Both the position numbers and the translations under genes were made by a program. From Candidatus Bathyarchaeia archaeon (GTDB lineage: Archaea > Asgardarchaeota > Heimdallarchaeia > JABLTI01): a stretch of DNA of 24,000 nucleotides. Location: contig DATKZI010000022.1 of the NCBI GenBank assembly GCA_035528035.1, positions 3,638 through 27,637 on the forward strand. The letters are read 5' to 3'. The stretch's first letter is position 1, and every line of letters begins with the position of its first letter. Below are positions 7,411 through 16,999 of the stretch, in pieces. The notes beneath the pieces are model-generated. The model saw only the letters and a program-made list of their open reading frames with translations. It had not been told where the DNA came from and did no database searches.

Positions 7411-8796
7411 TTATTTTTCTTCTCCATTGAGATTATTTTTAGAACCTTCAGGTATCTTTTTTCTTTTGCGAGCTAATGATAATCCTATGGTACCAAATAT
7501 TATATTGAATAATATGATTCCTGCACCAATATAGGTTATTATTTCTAAAGAAACCGCTTGAGAAATTAGAAGCGAACCTAAGGATCCACCAATTCCGAAT
7601 GAGATAATCCCAGCTATTTGGAATATTCCAAGAATCGTTTCCTTATTTAGTTCGTGATTATGGTTGTGAGTATGAATTCCAATCTCCATTCCTCTTCCAC
7701 GTATATAATTGAAATTTATATGTTTATGATTATGCTCTATAATAGTAATTTTCTCATCAATTTTCAAGCGACTTTCAATTGTTAATACTTCACAATTTCG
7801 AGCAGGTTCCATAAGTGCTTCAGCAACACCAACAATGATAAAAGCTCCTCCTAAAACATATATCCCTGGAGCAAGAGGGTACAAAATAACTCCTACCCCT
7901 TTTATTATTATACTTAGAATAATTGGTATCCAGTTACCTAATTTATCAGCTAATTTTCCTGTAAAGATTTGTGAAATTCCCCAAATAGCATCACCAAGGA
8001 AGAAAATAACACCAGTCGCTGCTTCAGTGAAGCCGTGATTTGTAAACATAACTATTAAATTTGGTGTGTATAAACCATGTGATAAATCATATAGACTGTA
8101 AAGTATAAGCAAAAAAACAAATGAAGGGATAAGAAACAGCTTCTTCAAATCTTTAAAATGAAAATGACTTAATGACATTTTATCCTTTTGTTCAAGTATT
8201 CTTCTTGTTTTAATTGATTGGTATAGACTAATGAGAATTGGAATAAATGAAACAATTATTGCAAATAAAAAACTCATTTGTAATGCTGTGAATTTTCCTG
8301 AAAAATTCCATACTTCGAACAAGTAGGTCTTCATTAAACCACCAATCCCTTGTCCTAAAGCTGTTCCTAAAAAAATTGCTCCTAATAAAGTTCCAATTCC
8401 TTCAGATATACATTCTTTTGCTTCTGTTGAGCAGAGAGTTAAAACAGCAATTGTTATAATTCCATATCCTAGTCCTTCAAAGAATTTCGAGAAAAACATT
8501 ATCGGATACCAGGGAATGACAGGTAATGCTATAGCAAATACCCATGAACTAACACCTATAAGGAATTCGAATCCCGTTTTATTTAGAAGTTTTGAAAGAA
8601 CAAAAATTCCCAGAAGTTGACCAATGGAAAAAGCTGCTGTTGCAAGAGAAACCAATGCTTCATTTCCACCTAATTCAAGAAACCGGAGAGGATATAAAAA
8701 TTGACCAATACCTAATCCAATGGAAGAAAAAAGGATAGCAAGGTAAGAAATTGCTATTTGTTTATTCCGGAATAAAAGTATATTTGGTTTCTTCAT
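7411..8796 (-). CDS. Major facilitator superfamily (MFS) transporter
   Basis: ~12 hydrophobic segments, central loop and MFS-like repeats; 461 aa. Confidence 0.85.
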   Translation of the reverse strand: MKKPNILLFRNKQIAISYLAILFSSIGLGIGQFLYPLRFLELGGNEALVSLATAAFSIGQLLGIFVLSKLLNKTGFEFLIGVSSWVFAIALPVIPWYPIMFFSKFFEGLGYGIITIAVLTLCSTEAKECISEGIGTLLGAIFLGTALGQGIGGLMKTYLFEVWNFSGKFTALQMSFLFAIIVSFIPILISLYQSIKTRRILEQKDKMSLSHFHFKDLKKLFLIPSFVFLLILYSLYDLSHGLYTPNLIVMFTNHGFTEAATGVIFFLGDAIWGISQIFTGKLADKLGNWIPIILSIIIKGVGVILYPLAPGIYVLGGAFIIVGVAEALMEPARNCEVLTIESRLKIDEKITIIEHNHKHINFNYIRGRGMEIGIHTHNHNHELNKETILGIFQIAGIISFGIGGSLGSLLISQAVSLEIITYIGAGIILFNIIFGTIGLSLARKRKKIPEGSKNNLNGEEK

Positions 8797-8962
8797 AGTG
8801 ATTCATACAATTAAGTGATATAATAAGACTATTACTTTAAATTTAAATAAATTAACTTTAAGTTTAGCGATTCTTTTTTTCACTTTCTTTCATAAATGGT
8901 TCTTTTTAAAAGAGAATGTTAATCCTATACAATTTATCTTTGTTAAAAAGAGGATTTTATTT

Positions 8963-8986
8963 GTTCAAATCGTGCCTCCCGCACCA
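8963..8986 (+). pseudogene. tRNA 3'-end remnant (T-loop to CCA), possible att-like scar
   Basis: GTTCAAATCGTGCCTCCCGCACCA: 21/24 identical to the 3' ends of both tRNA-Leu genes in this window; no 5' tRNA half found upstream. Confidence 0.7.
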
Positions 8987-9052
8987 ATTTTAATCATTCT
9001 TTTTTTCTAAAAAAATCCAAAAAAAAGAAAATAATATTTTAGGAATATTTTT

Positions 9053-9406
9053 TCAATCAAAAGTTGTTAATGATAAAGTGATAAGAAACGTTACACTAAC
9101 AATTATTATAATTAGATTGAAAATAAATCCCAAAATATTAAAGACATTTTTTCCATATTTAAAAGCAATACAATTTAAAATTAAACCACTTAAACTAATA
9201 GCTAAAAAAATGGAAGATATTGTATACATTATCCATGGATCAGGTTGTACGAAAATGACTATCACTATAAATATTGTTAGTAGCAGTAAAACGGTAATTC
9301 CAATTATAAAAGAACTGCGAACTAATTTTGAGTTATCAGTAAATTTTATTTTTCCAGTATTAACCTTTTCTTTTTTTATCTCTGTAACATTATTCAACAT
9401 TTTCAC
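9053..9406 (-). CDS. Small multi-pass membrane protein, unknown function
   Basis: 117-aa ORF with three hydrophobic segments. Confidence 0.6.
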   Translation of the reverse strand: MKMLNNVTEIKKEKVNTGKIKFTDNSKLVRSSFIIGITVLLLLTIFIVIVIFVQPDPWIMYTISSIFLAISLSGLILNCIAFKYGKNVFNILGFIFNLIIIIVSVTFLITLSLTTFD

Positions 9407-9697
9407 TTCCTAAATTTTAATATCCCCAATTTATATAGAAATAATAATTAGAATTCCAAGTTGATTGTAGATTCATTATTGTGTTGTATATTTTATATTT
9501 TTCTATTGTAAATTACTTTTGCTTCATGTCCAATTTCTGTTACTGTTTTTTCCCAGGTGATTTCTGCTGCACGAGTGAATAAGCAAGCTGTCACACTTTC
9601 AGAAACAACATCAATTACACTCAAAATTATATCGAAACGTACATTTACATTTATTTTAAACAAGAAAAGATTAAAAAAAAGAAAAAAAGCAAGGAAA

Positions 9698-10426
9698 TTA
9701 TTTCCTTGTTCTACTTCGGCTACGACCTGATTGTCGAGCAGCAATTAGTCCAACTTTAGCACCGGGAGGAGCATTTCTTGAGACAGTTTTAGTTCCACTG
9801 CCACCACCATGAGGATGGCTTGCAGCGTTCATATGATTACCACTTACTCGAGGATACTTATGTCCTTTCGCTTTATAGTGAAATCGTTTTTGGCCTGCTT
9901 TTAAGAATGGTTTTTCAATTCTTCCTCCACCTGCGACAACACCAACGGTTGCACGAGATCGAGGATTGAATTGTTTAAGTTCACCACTGGGTAATTGGCA
10001 AAAAACTTTCTTTTTGCTGTGGTTTACCACTGTAGCAAATGAACCAGATGAGCGAACCATTGCTCCACCATCACCGGGTCTTAATTCAATATTATGTATA
10101 TAAGTCCCGTCTGGTATATTCTTCAAAGGTTTAATTGTTCCAATTTGAATTGGTGCATTTGTTCCTTTGTAGATTGCTTTTCCTACTTGAATTCCTTCTG
10201 GAGCTAGCAATAAATGCTTGGTGCCATCTTGCTCTTTTATCACCATTACTGGTGCGCCTCTACCAGGATCATGTAACAATTCAATGATTTCATACTCAAG
10301 TATTTCCTTTGTATAGTCATTTTCCGCTAACTGAGGATATTTTACTGGTCCCTTTCGTTTGTGTGTGCTGGCTCTAAATTGTGAACCACCACGACCACGT
10401 CTTTGAACTAGAATACGTTTTCCCAT
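9698..10426 (-). CDS. rpl2: Large-subunit ribosomal protein uL2
   Basis: MGKRILVQRRGRGGSQFRASTHKRKG..., HPHGGGSGTKTVSRNAPPGAKVG. Confidence 0.97.
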   Translation of the reverse strand: MGKRILVQRRGRGGSQFRASTHKRKGPVKYPQLAENDYTKEILEYEIIELLHDPGRGAPVMVIKEQDGTKHLLLAPEGIQVGKAIYKGTNAPIQIGTIKPLKNIPDGTYIHNIELRPGDGGAMVRSSGSFATVVNHSKKKVFCQLPSGELKQFNPRSRATVGVVAGGGRIEKPFLKAGQKRFHYKAKGHKYPRVSGNHMNAASHPHGGGSGTKTVSRNAPPGAKVGLIAARQSGRSRSRTRK

Positions 10427-10437
10427 TGTTTTCCACC

Positions 10438-10710
10438 TTACATTAATCCTAGTGCAGTTGCAAGATCGACTGCATTATTTGTTGGGTGCAATTTGACAAT
10501 TGCTTTCTTCTTGCCTAAGGGAGTGATTGTTGTATTAATCTTCACAACCTTCACATTGTAGAGCTTCTCTATAGCTCGTTTTATTGTTGGTTTATTTGCT
10601 GTTCGTTTGACAATAAAAGCAAGCTTATTTTCTCTTTCAATTAATTCGAATATCCGTTCACTACTAAAGGGTGAAAGGATAATAGTATATAGATTTTCGT
10701 CAGTACTCAT
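10438..10710 (-). CDS. rpl23: Large-subunit ribosomal protein uL23
   Basis: 90 aa, LAFIVKRTANKPTIKRAIEKLYNVKVVKINT; between uL4 and uL2. Confidence 0.95.
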   Translation of the reverse strand: MSTDENLYTIILSPFSSERIFELIERENKLAFIVKRTANKPTIKRAIEKLYNVKVVKINTTITPLGKKKAIVKLHPTNNAVDLATALGLM

Positions 10711-10723
10711 TTCTTTTCAACTC

Positions 10724-11569
10724 CTATTTAGTAGCTGTAGGCCTTTTAGCACTGGCTGCTGTTACTACTGCAGGTGTTTTAACTTTGGTGGGATATTTTT
10801 TATCGATCTCTTCGATTGTTCTTTCCATCCAAATGGTTAAACGCCCGGCATGAGTACCAGGTGCGAGCATTTCAGCATTTAAATAATTGACATGAACGAC
10901 ATCAACACCAGGAAGGTTTTTCACTGCATTGCAAAAATTGGACGATCTGTCAACAATAAATAATGGTCCAACAGGGTTGCGATATTTACGACCACGACCT
11001 TTTCCTTGGCCTGCTCGAACTTTTCGTCCTTCTTTTGATCTATTGATGTCATTAATTAATCCAATTTTCGTAAGAAGTTCAACAGCATCTTTTGTTTTCA
11101 CTATCTTATCATGGATTTCATCTTCAAACACTAGGGGAAGTATTTCGAAATTTTCAGCTTGGTGACCTCTTTTAACAACAAGTTCTTTATTTGCTGTTGA
11201 AGCAATTGCACTTCTAATAGCTAATATTCGTTCCTTCTTGTTAATTCGTTCTATAATGATTTTTTCCGTCTTTGGTGGATGAGCAACACGACCACCAACA
11301 GTATAGTTAACTAGGGCACCTTTTTGACTTGAATGTGTGCGTTTCCCATGAGTTCTTGGCGTTCTGGCAGCACCTCTACCTGTACCCCAACTTGAAGAAA
11401 CAGTCCAACCAGCATGGTATTTTGTACCTTTTGGATGTCGTTTGGTACTTTGAACAGCTAATACTGCTCGTTTAATAAGGTCAGGTCGATATTCTGTATC
11501 AAAAACTCCTGGAAGATCTACTCGCGTCTTTTTAGCTAAACCAATAGCACCATAAATTTTTGCTTTCAT
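10724..11569 (-). CDS. rpl4: Large-subunit ribosomal protein uL4
   Basis: Archaeal/eukaryotic L4 signature SSWGTGRGAARTPRTHGKRTHSSQKGA; cluster position. Confidence 0.95.
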   Translation of the reverse strand: MKAKIYGAIGLAKKTRVDLPGVFDTEYRPDLIKRAVLAVQSTKRHPKGTKYHAGWTVSSSWGTGRGAARTPRTHGKRTHSSQKGALVNYTVGGRVAHPPKTEKIIIERINKKERILAIRSAIASTANKELVVKRGHQAENFEILPLVFEDEIHDKIVKTKDAVELLTKIGLINDINRSKEGRKVRAGQGKGRGRKYRNPVGPLFIVDRSSNFCNAVKNLPGVDVVHVNYLNAEMLAPGTHAGRLTIWMERTIEEIDKKYPTKVKTPAVVTAASAKRPTATK

Positions 11570-11583
11570 TACTCTTTGTCCTC

Positions 11584-12579
11584 CTACATCTTACTGCTCA
11601 ATGAAATTTCTAAAATTTCAGGGGCAGCTCCTTTCGCTCTATTTCTTATTGGATTCCTCATGGTAATGAGTCGTTTAGCTGGACCTTGTACACTACCTTT
11701 CATCAAAACAAAGTCATTGCGTACTATCCCGTACTTCTTAAAGCCACCTGCAGGAGTGATTTTTTCCTCTTTGGTACCAACTTTAAGAATTAATTTATTA
11801 TATTCTGTACGTTGATGGTAACCCATTTGACCTTGATGTGCTACTGTATACATGGTTCTTGCTGGACGCCATGGACCTAATGCACCTGGTTTACGTTTAA
11901 CACCTCGAGTCTTATGCTGAAGTATTCGAATACCAAACCGCTTTACAGGTCCTTGAATTCCTTTACCTTTAGTCACACCAATAGTGTCCACAAATTCACC
12001 TGGTTCAAAAACGGCATCAACTGTAACCGTTTTTCCCAGCAGGGATTTTGCATATTCAAACCCCTCGTTAATATCTTTAAAACCAATCTTTATCTCAAGG
12101 ATATCAGGTTTTTTTCGAGGAAGTTTTGCATCTGAAGGATTCGTTATGGTTATTGCTCTCAATTCATAAATTGACCCAAGACGCTCTTGTAGGGTTTTTA
12201 GGCGTGTTTTGGCATCATAATTTTTAGGGATAAGCATTTTCCTATCAAGATCTTGTGGAAGATCCTTAATCATTGCTTCTGCAGCAATTTTGAGACCTTT
12301 AGGAGTATAGTGATATCCTCTAATGCCAATCACTTTGAGAGGGGGGCATTCTATGATAGTTACAGGAACAATCCGTTCTTGATTGAACATAGGACTATTC
12401 TTGCGATTTTCTATGACAGTTATATGCGTCATGCCGGCTTTGAAACCTGCGAATCCTAATAGCTTTGGTTCTGCATTCCAGGATGGCCAGGAACGAATTT
12501 TTCCTTTTTGAGTTTTTACACGAACTCGTCGGAAGGAAAGGGAACCTTGGTGTGGGGCATTTCTTTTTCTATGTCCCAT
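11584..12579 (-). CDS. rpl3: Large-subunit ribosomal protein uL3
   Basis: GFAGFKAGMTHI, GVIDTIGVTKGKGIQGPVKRFGIR, HQGQMGYHQRTEYNK. Confidence 0.97.
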   Translation of the reverse strand: MGHRKRNAPHQGSLSFRRVRVKTQKGKIRSWPSWNAEPKLLGFAGFKAGMTHITVIENRKNSPMFNQERIVPVTIIECPPLKVIGIRGYHYTPKGLKIAAEAMIKDLPQDLDRKMLIPKNYDAKTRLKTLQERLGSIYELRAITITNPSDAKLPRKKPDILEIKIGFKDINEGFEYAKSLLGKTVTVDAVFEPGEFVDTIGVTKGKGIQGPVKRFGIRILQHKTRGVKRKPGALGPWRPARTMYTVAHQGQMGYHQRTEYNKLILKVGTKEEKITPAGGFKKYGIVRNDFVLMKGSVQGPAKRLITMRNPIRNRAKGAAPEILEISLSSKM

Positions 12580-12897
12580 TTTGTAATCTCCGTTAGATTA
12601 TTTTTTTCAAAGCCATCATTCCTTGCTACTTCAGAGCAAAAGAATGATTTACCTAGTATTGGAGGGATAGTAATCTCACTTCCAATTGCTAGTGACGTGG
12701 AAACGAATTCTTCTATTATTTTAATTTTGTTATTGCTAGCGACTATTTATAACGATAAAGATGATAAAATAGTCAAAAATTGGTATTTCCATTGAAAATA
12801 GACCATTTACCAAGAATGTTCATTAAAATTCAATGCAAAATTTTTTAAAAGCAAAAGAAGGGAGAGAAGAACACGTAAAAAACGGAAGAAAAAAAAT

Positions 12898-13212
12898 ATG
12901 TCAGCTCAAAGAGCACGAATAAGACTCAGTGGACAAAACACAGATTCCTTAGCAAAAATTTGTGTGCAAATTAGCAAAATCGCTGAAAGAACAGGCGTAA
13001 GAATGTCAGGACCAATCCCTCTTCCAACAAAAGTTCTTACCGTTCCAGTAAGAAAATCTCCTTGCGGAAACGGCACCCAAACTTTCGAACACTATGAAAT
13101 GAGGATTCATAAAAGACTCATTGATATAGATGCCGAAGAGAGAACTCTTAAGCAAATCATGAGAGTAAAAATGCCTGAGGACATTCATGTAGAAATTGAA
13201 CTTTCACGATAG
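12898..13212 (+). CDS. rps10: Small-subunit ribosomal protein uS10
   Basis: [21 protein letters not shown]..., [40 protein letters not shown]. Confidence 0.96.
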   Translation: MSAQRARIRLSGQNTDSLAKICVQISKIAERTGVRMSGPIPLPTKVLTVPVRKSPCGNGTQTFEHYEMRIHKRLIDIDAEERTLKQIMRVKMPEDIHVEIELSR

Positions 13213-13368
13213 CTTGTCTATTGTAGTTTTCATTTCATATCTCCCTAAAATAAAAACAAGTGGAACAAAGTTTGGAAAACTTCTGCTTGTAACACTTCTC
13301 CTTTTCTAGTTGACAATAGGGATAAAGTTTCATATTAAAAACAAACAAATTTTTCATTAGATAAAATG

Positions 13369-13472
13369 GTGCTGGAGAGGGGATTCGAACCCCCGAGTGC
13401 GGAAACACAGTGGTTCCCTCGTTCCTACGAGAATTTCGAGACCACCGCCATACCAGGCTAGGCTACTCCAGC
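13369..13472 (-). tRNA. tRNA-Ser(CGA) with predicted ~19-nt intron after position 37
   Basis: Acceptor GCTGGAG/CTCCAGC, exons GTGGT-CTCGAA / A-ACCAC around ATTCTCGTAGGAACGAGGG, T arm GGGGG-TTCGAAT-CCCCT, ACCA. Confidence 0.88.
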
Positions 13473-13706
13473 AAAATTTCTTTGGGATGTAATCATTGAA
13501 TAGTACCTTTAATTAGATTAAATTAAAACTATTTCATCACTTTTTACTTATAACAATAATTTTTATTGATTAACAAATAAATTTATGCTATTCTATTTTA
13601 AAAAATGTTATTTAGAAAAAAAAGCCCTCTAAAATCATAATGAAACACAAAACTTTAAAACAAAAGAGTACAGAAAAAGTAAATGCCAATGACCAATCAT
13701 TGATGC

Positions 13707-13842
13707 GGAGGTAGCCCAGCCAGGTCAAAGGCGGAGGACTTAAGATCTCTGATCTTGTCGGTCAGAAACTCTCTAGGGCCAGTATAATAGGAAATCCTCT
13801 CCCGCAGGGGTTCGTGTGTTCAAATCGCGCCCTCCGCACCAA
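13707..13842 (+). tRNA. tRNA-Leu(TAA) with predicted ~49-nt intron
   Basis: Acceptor GCGGAGG/CCTCCGC, exons GAGGA-CTTAAG / A-TCCTC, variable arm CCCGCAGGG, T arm GTGTG-TTCAAAT-CGCGC, ACCA. Confidence 0.87.
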
Positions 13843-13878
13843 ATTTTTTATCAAATTTATTAGCTTGAAAAGGAAATT

Positions 13879-14085
13879 TTATTCTTTTAACATCCACCGA
13901 TATTTTTTATCTTCGCCCATAAAAAGCATGAAACCACATTCAGAACACTCTAAAATAATTACTTGATAATTTTTTTCTTTCTCAAAAAAAGTTTTTAGCT
14001 CACTTTTCTTTCCACATGCTTGGCATTTCTCTCCCCAGATTTTCTTAGCATTTTTTTCCAATTCTTGCTCTTTTTGTGATATCAC
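13879..14085 (-). CDS. Small zinc-ribbon protein
   Basis: 68 aa with CQACG...CSECG. Confidence 0.55.
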   Translation of the reverse strand: MISQKEQELEKNAKKIWGEKCQACGKKSELKTFFEKEKNYQVIILECSECGFMLFMGEDKKYRWMLKE

Positions 14086-14232
14086 TACTTACTCATCCTA
14101 ATCTTGTATTTGCTTATTGATAGATATTTTTGTCTTAAAAAGCTTAATTTTCTGCTTTTTTTTCTTATTTTTTTTCTTTTAATAGTCTAATCAAAGTATC
14201 CCTTTGATAATTATATAATGGAGACTCAATAA

Positions 14233-14373
14233 ATGAAAAAACTATCCCCTAAAATCGTGACCTTGGCTATAATGATACTATCCTTCGTTGCCGCAGGCAG
14301 CATCGGAATTAGACATGCAATCGCCCCACCCGGTGGAGGCGTTGGAGAAGAGTTAACTCCTACAGGTGGATGA
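14233..14373 (+). CDS. 46-aa exported/membrane-anchored peptide (below the ORF-track length cutoff)
   Basis: Manual translation MKKLSPKIVTLAIMILSFVAAGSIGIRHAIAPPGGGVGEELTPTGG; signal-peptide-like N-terminus, isolated in an intergenic region. Confidence 0.5.
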   Translation: MKKLSPKIVTLAIMILSFVAAGSIGIRHAIAPPGGGVGEELTPTGG

Positions 14374-14538
14374 ATTAGTCCCCTTACCCTTCTTCTTTTC
14401 TATATTTTTTCTTTTCAATTTCTAATAATTTAACTTTACCTTACATTGAAATGGTATATTTTAGGAAAATTTTATCTAATACAAAAATTATTGTAAGCTA
14501 ATTTTCTAATAAAAAAAGATTAGATCATTTATTTGTAG

Positions 14539-15873
14539 GTGTATAAAGTGTCTTCTAATGATAAATATTTAATAAACAAAATCATTGCCCGAGAGGTATT
14601 TGACTCGAGAGGAAATCCCACAATTGAAGTTGAAATACAGACAAAAACTGGGCAAAAAGCACGTGCTATCGTTCCTAGTGGTGCTAGTACAGGTGCTCAT
14701 GAAGCTCTTGAATTACGAGATGGTGATAAAACCCATTACTTAGGTAAAGGTGTTTTAAAAGCTGTTAGTAATGTCCGAGATAAAATTTTTCCTAAGATCA
14801 AAGGATATGATGTCCGAGATATTCCCACAATTGACAATATCATGTTTAATTTAGATGGTACAAAACGCAAACTAAATTTAGGTGCAAACGCTATTCTTAG
14901 TGTTTCGCTTGCCTGCACTAAATTAGCAGCTAAAATTGAAGGTATACCACTTTATGAAAAATTATACCAATTAGCCTATAATAAAAAGGCTAACAAATAT
15001 CAATTGCCTGTTCCTATGGCCAATGTTATAAATGGGGGAAAACATGCTGGTGGAAAACTTGCTCCCCAAGAATTTATGATTATGCCCTTAGGATTCAAAG
15101 ATTTGAGAGAAGCTTTACGTTCTGTTTCTGAAATATATTCTCATCTCAAATTAATCCTTAAAGAAAAATATGGCCCCTCAGTTACCAATGTTGGGGATGA
15201 AGGGGGATTTGGTTCTCCAGTTGATACAAGCAAAGAAGCATTGGATTTGTTAGTCAAAGCAACTGAACAAGCTCAATATGAAGTAGGGAAGGAGATTTGT
15301 TTTGCTCTTGATCCTGCTGCTTCAGAATTTTATAAAAATGAAAAATATCACATTGACGGGGAGACTCTTTCAGAAGGAGAATTAGTTGACTATTGGTATG
15401 ATCTTACACAAACCTATCCAATTGTTAGTATTGAAGATCCATTTAATGAGGAATCATTTGAAGGATTTGCTGAACTTCGTAAAAAAGTTGCTGATAAGGT
15501 ACAAATAGTTGGTGATGATTTGACAGTTACAAATACAGAACGACTTCAGATGGCAATCGATAAAAATTCAATCAATTCCCTACTACTTAAAATCAATCAA
15601 ATAGGTTCTATAACAGAATCGATTGCAGCAGCTAGATTGTGTTGGGAAAACAATTACTCAGTTGTTGTATCTCATCGAAGTGGTGAAACAGAGGATACAA
15701 GTATCGCTGATCTTTCTGTTGGGCTATGTAATGGTCAAATAAAAACAGGTGCAATAGCTCGAGGAGAACGAACTGCGAAATATAATCAGCTTCTACGAAT
15801 TTCTGAAGAATTAGGTAACAAAGCTATTTTTGCAGGAACTAAATTTAGATTAGGTTACAAAGAATTTATTTAG
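14539..15873 (+). CDS. eno: Enolase (start may be GTG 14548)
   Basis: AREVFDSRGNPTIEVE, SGASTGAHEALELRDG, IEDPFNEES, SHRSGETEDTSIADL. Confidence 0.97.
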   Translation: MYKVSSNDKYLINKIIAREVFDSRGNPTIEVEIQTKTGQKARAIVPSGASTGAHEALELRDGDKTHYLGKGVLKAVSNVRDKIFPKIKGYDVRDIPTIDNIMFNLDGTKRKLNLGANAILSVSLACTKLAAKIEGIPLYEKLYQLAYNKKANKYQLPVPMANVINGGKHAGGKLAPQEFMIMPLGFKDLREALRSVSEIYSHLKLILKEKYGPSVTNVGDEGGFGSPVDTSKEALDLLVKATEQAQYEVGKEICFALDPAASEFYKNEKYHIDGETLSEGELVDYWYDLTQTYPIVSIEDPFNEESFEGFAELRKKVADKVQIVGDDLTVTNTERLQMAIDKNSINSLLLKINQIGSITESIAAARLCWENNYSVVVSHRSGETEDTSIADLSVGLCNGQIKTGAIARGERTAKYNQLLRISEELGNKAIFAGTKFRLGYKEFI

Positions 15874-15953
15874 AAAAATGCCTTTTGGGATAATTATCCC
15901 ATAAGAGCTCTTTTTTTTAATGTTAAAGAGTATAATAATAGTGGTGATAGGAA

Positions 15954-16583
15954 TTGCGTATTAAACGAAAGGATCTTGAGATTTTTCTTGAACAACTTGA
16001 GAAAGTCTCAGAACCAAAAATAAAATATGAACAATATGCAAGTCCACCACGAGTTGCTGCAAATCTTCTATGGATTGCTGGATTCGATCATGATGATATT
16101 TTCAACAAAAGTATACTCGATTTGGGATGTGGTTCAGGTATCTTAGCTATTGGAGCTGCTTTTTTCGGAGCGAGAAATGTTACAGGTATTGATATTGATT
16201 TTGATTCCCTTAAAGTAGCAAAAGAAAATTCCCAAACGTTTGATCTAGAAGATAAATGTAATTGGTTATGCATGACCGCAGAGGATTGTTATATAAAAGG
16301 GATTAATACTGTAATAATGAATCCTCCATTTGGTATGCGAAAAGAAAGTATCTCGAGAGACAGACTTTTTCTAAAAACAGCTTTATCTGTATCGTCAACA
16401 GTATATTCAATTAACCCTTATGCTGAAAAAACCCGCTCATTTTTCACAAAATATTGTAAAGAATTGGATGCAGAAATTATTACTATAACCCAAATGAATT
16501 TTGAAATAAAACGTCAATATGATTTTCATAAAAAAGACAAGCATATAATTCTTGTTGATCTCTATCATATAAGGAAAAAATAA
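15954..16583 (+). CDS. METTL5-like class I SAM methyltransferase (predicted RNA/rRNA m6A)
   Basis: EQYASPPRVAANLLW, LDLGCGSGILAIGAAFFGA, catalytic NPPFG. Confidence 0.85.
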   Translation: MRIKRKDLEIFLEQLEKVSEPKIKYEQYASPPRVAANLLWIAGFDHDDIFNKSILDLGCGSGILAIGAAFFGARNVTGIDIDFDSLKVAKENSQTFDLEDKCNWLCMTAEDCYIKGINTVIMNPPFGMRKESISRDRLFLKTALSVSSTVYSINPYAEKTRSFFTKYCKELDAEIITITQMNFEIKRQYDFHKKDKHIILVDLYHIRKK

Positions 16584-16602
16584 TCTTATATTGCCTTTTT
16601 CA

Positions 16603-16875
16603 TTAGAATTCATCAAATTGATTTTTTCTAAATTCTTGTATTAGATCGAGTTTCATCCCTCGAGAGAATTTCTTCAATTCAAGTTCTCGTTTAATAGCTT
16701 CTTTTTGACTCGAGAGAATTTCAACATATGAAAGCTTAACTGGACGACGTGTGCTAGTATATTTTGCACCAATTTTACTCGTGTTATGTTGTTCTATTCT
16801 TTTTAGTAAATCCTTGGTATATCCTGTATAAATTGTTCCATCAGCACAAGTGACCATATAGACAAAGAATTTCAT
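16603..16875 (-). CDS. GIY-YIG domain protein (UPF0213-like)
   Basis: FFVYMVTCADGTIYTGYTKDLLKRIEQHN...GAKYTSTRRPVKLSYVE. Confidence 0.9.
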   Translation of the reverse strand: MKFFVYMVTCADGTIYTGYTKDLLKRIEQHNTSKIGAKYTSTRRPVKLSYVEILSSQKEAIKRELELKKFSRGMKLDLIQEFRKNQFDEF

Positions 16876-16999
16876 TTATTTTCACAATAAAAGCTTGTTT
16901 TCCTTCAAATAAATGCTTTGAATAGAGTTAAAAAATATTTATAGGAGTAATTAACTTAATGAACCTAGAAGTTCAATTTCAGTAAAAGTTGTGTAAATT

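Noticed and set aside
9493-9744. 83-aa minus-strand ORF overlapping the 3' end of rpl2
   Set aside because: Start codon lies inside rpl2 in a different frame, composition is not protein-like in the overlap, and no family is recognisable. Probably spurious, though a shorter gene cannot be fully excluded.
12508-12795. 95-aa plus-strand ORF across the rpl3 start and the rpl3-rps10 intergenic region
   Set aside because: Antisense to the highly confident rpl3 N-terminus; low-complexity, no family resemblance.
12780-12805. TTCCATTGAAAATAGACC near the rps10 upstream region as a fifth ORB
   Set aside because: Dyad imperfect and G-string missing; isolated single occurrence.
13255-13280. ORB-like string AACAAGTGGAACAAAGTTTGG downstream of rps10
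   Set aside because: Superficial similarity only: no TCCA dyad half, no G-string, and no second copy nearby.
16603-16875. GIY-YIG protein as a homing endonuclease or mobile-element marker
   Set aside because: It matches the small stand-alone UPF0213-like family, not intron-associated homing enzymes; no intron or flanking repeats seen.
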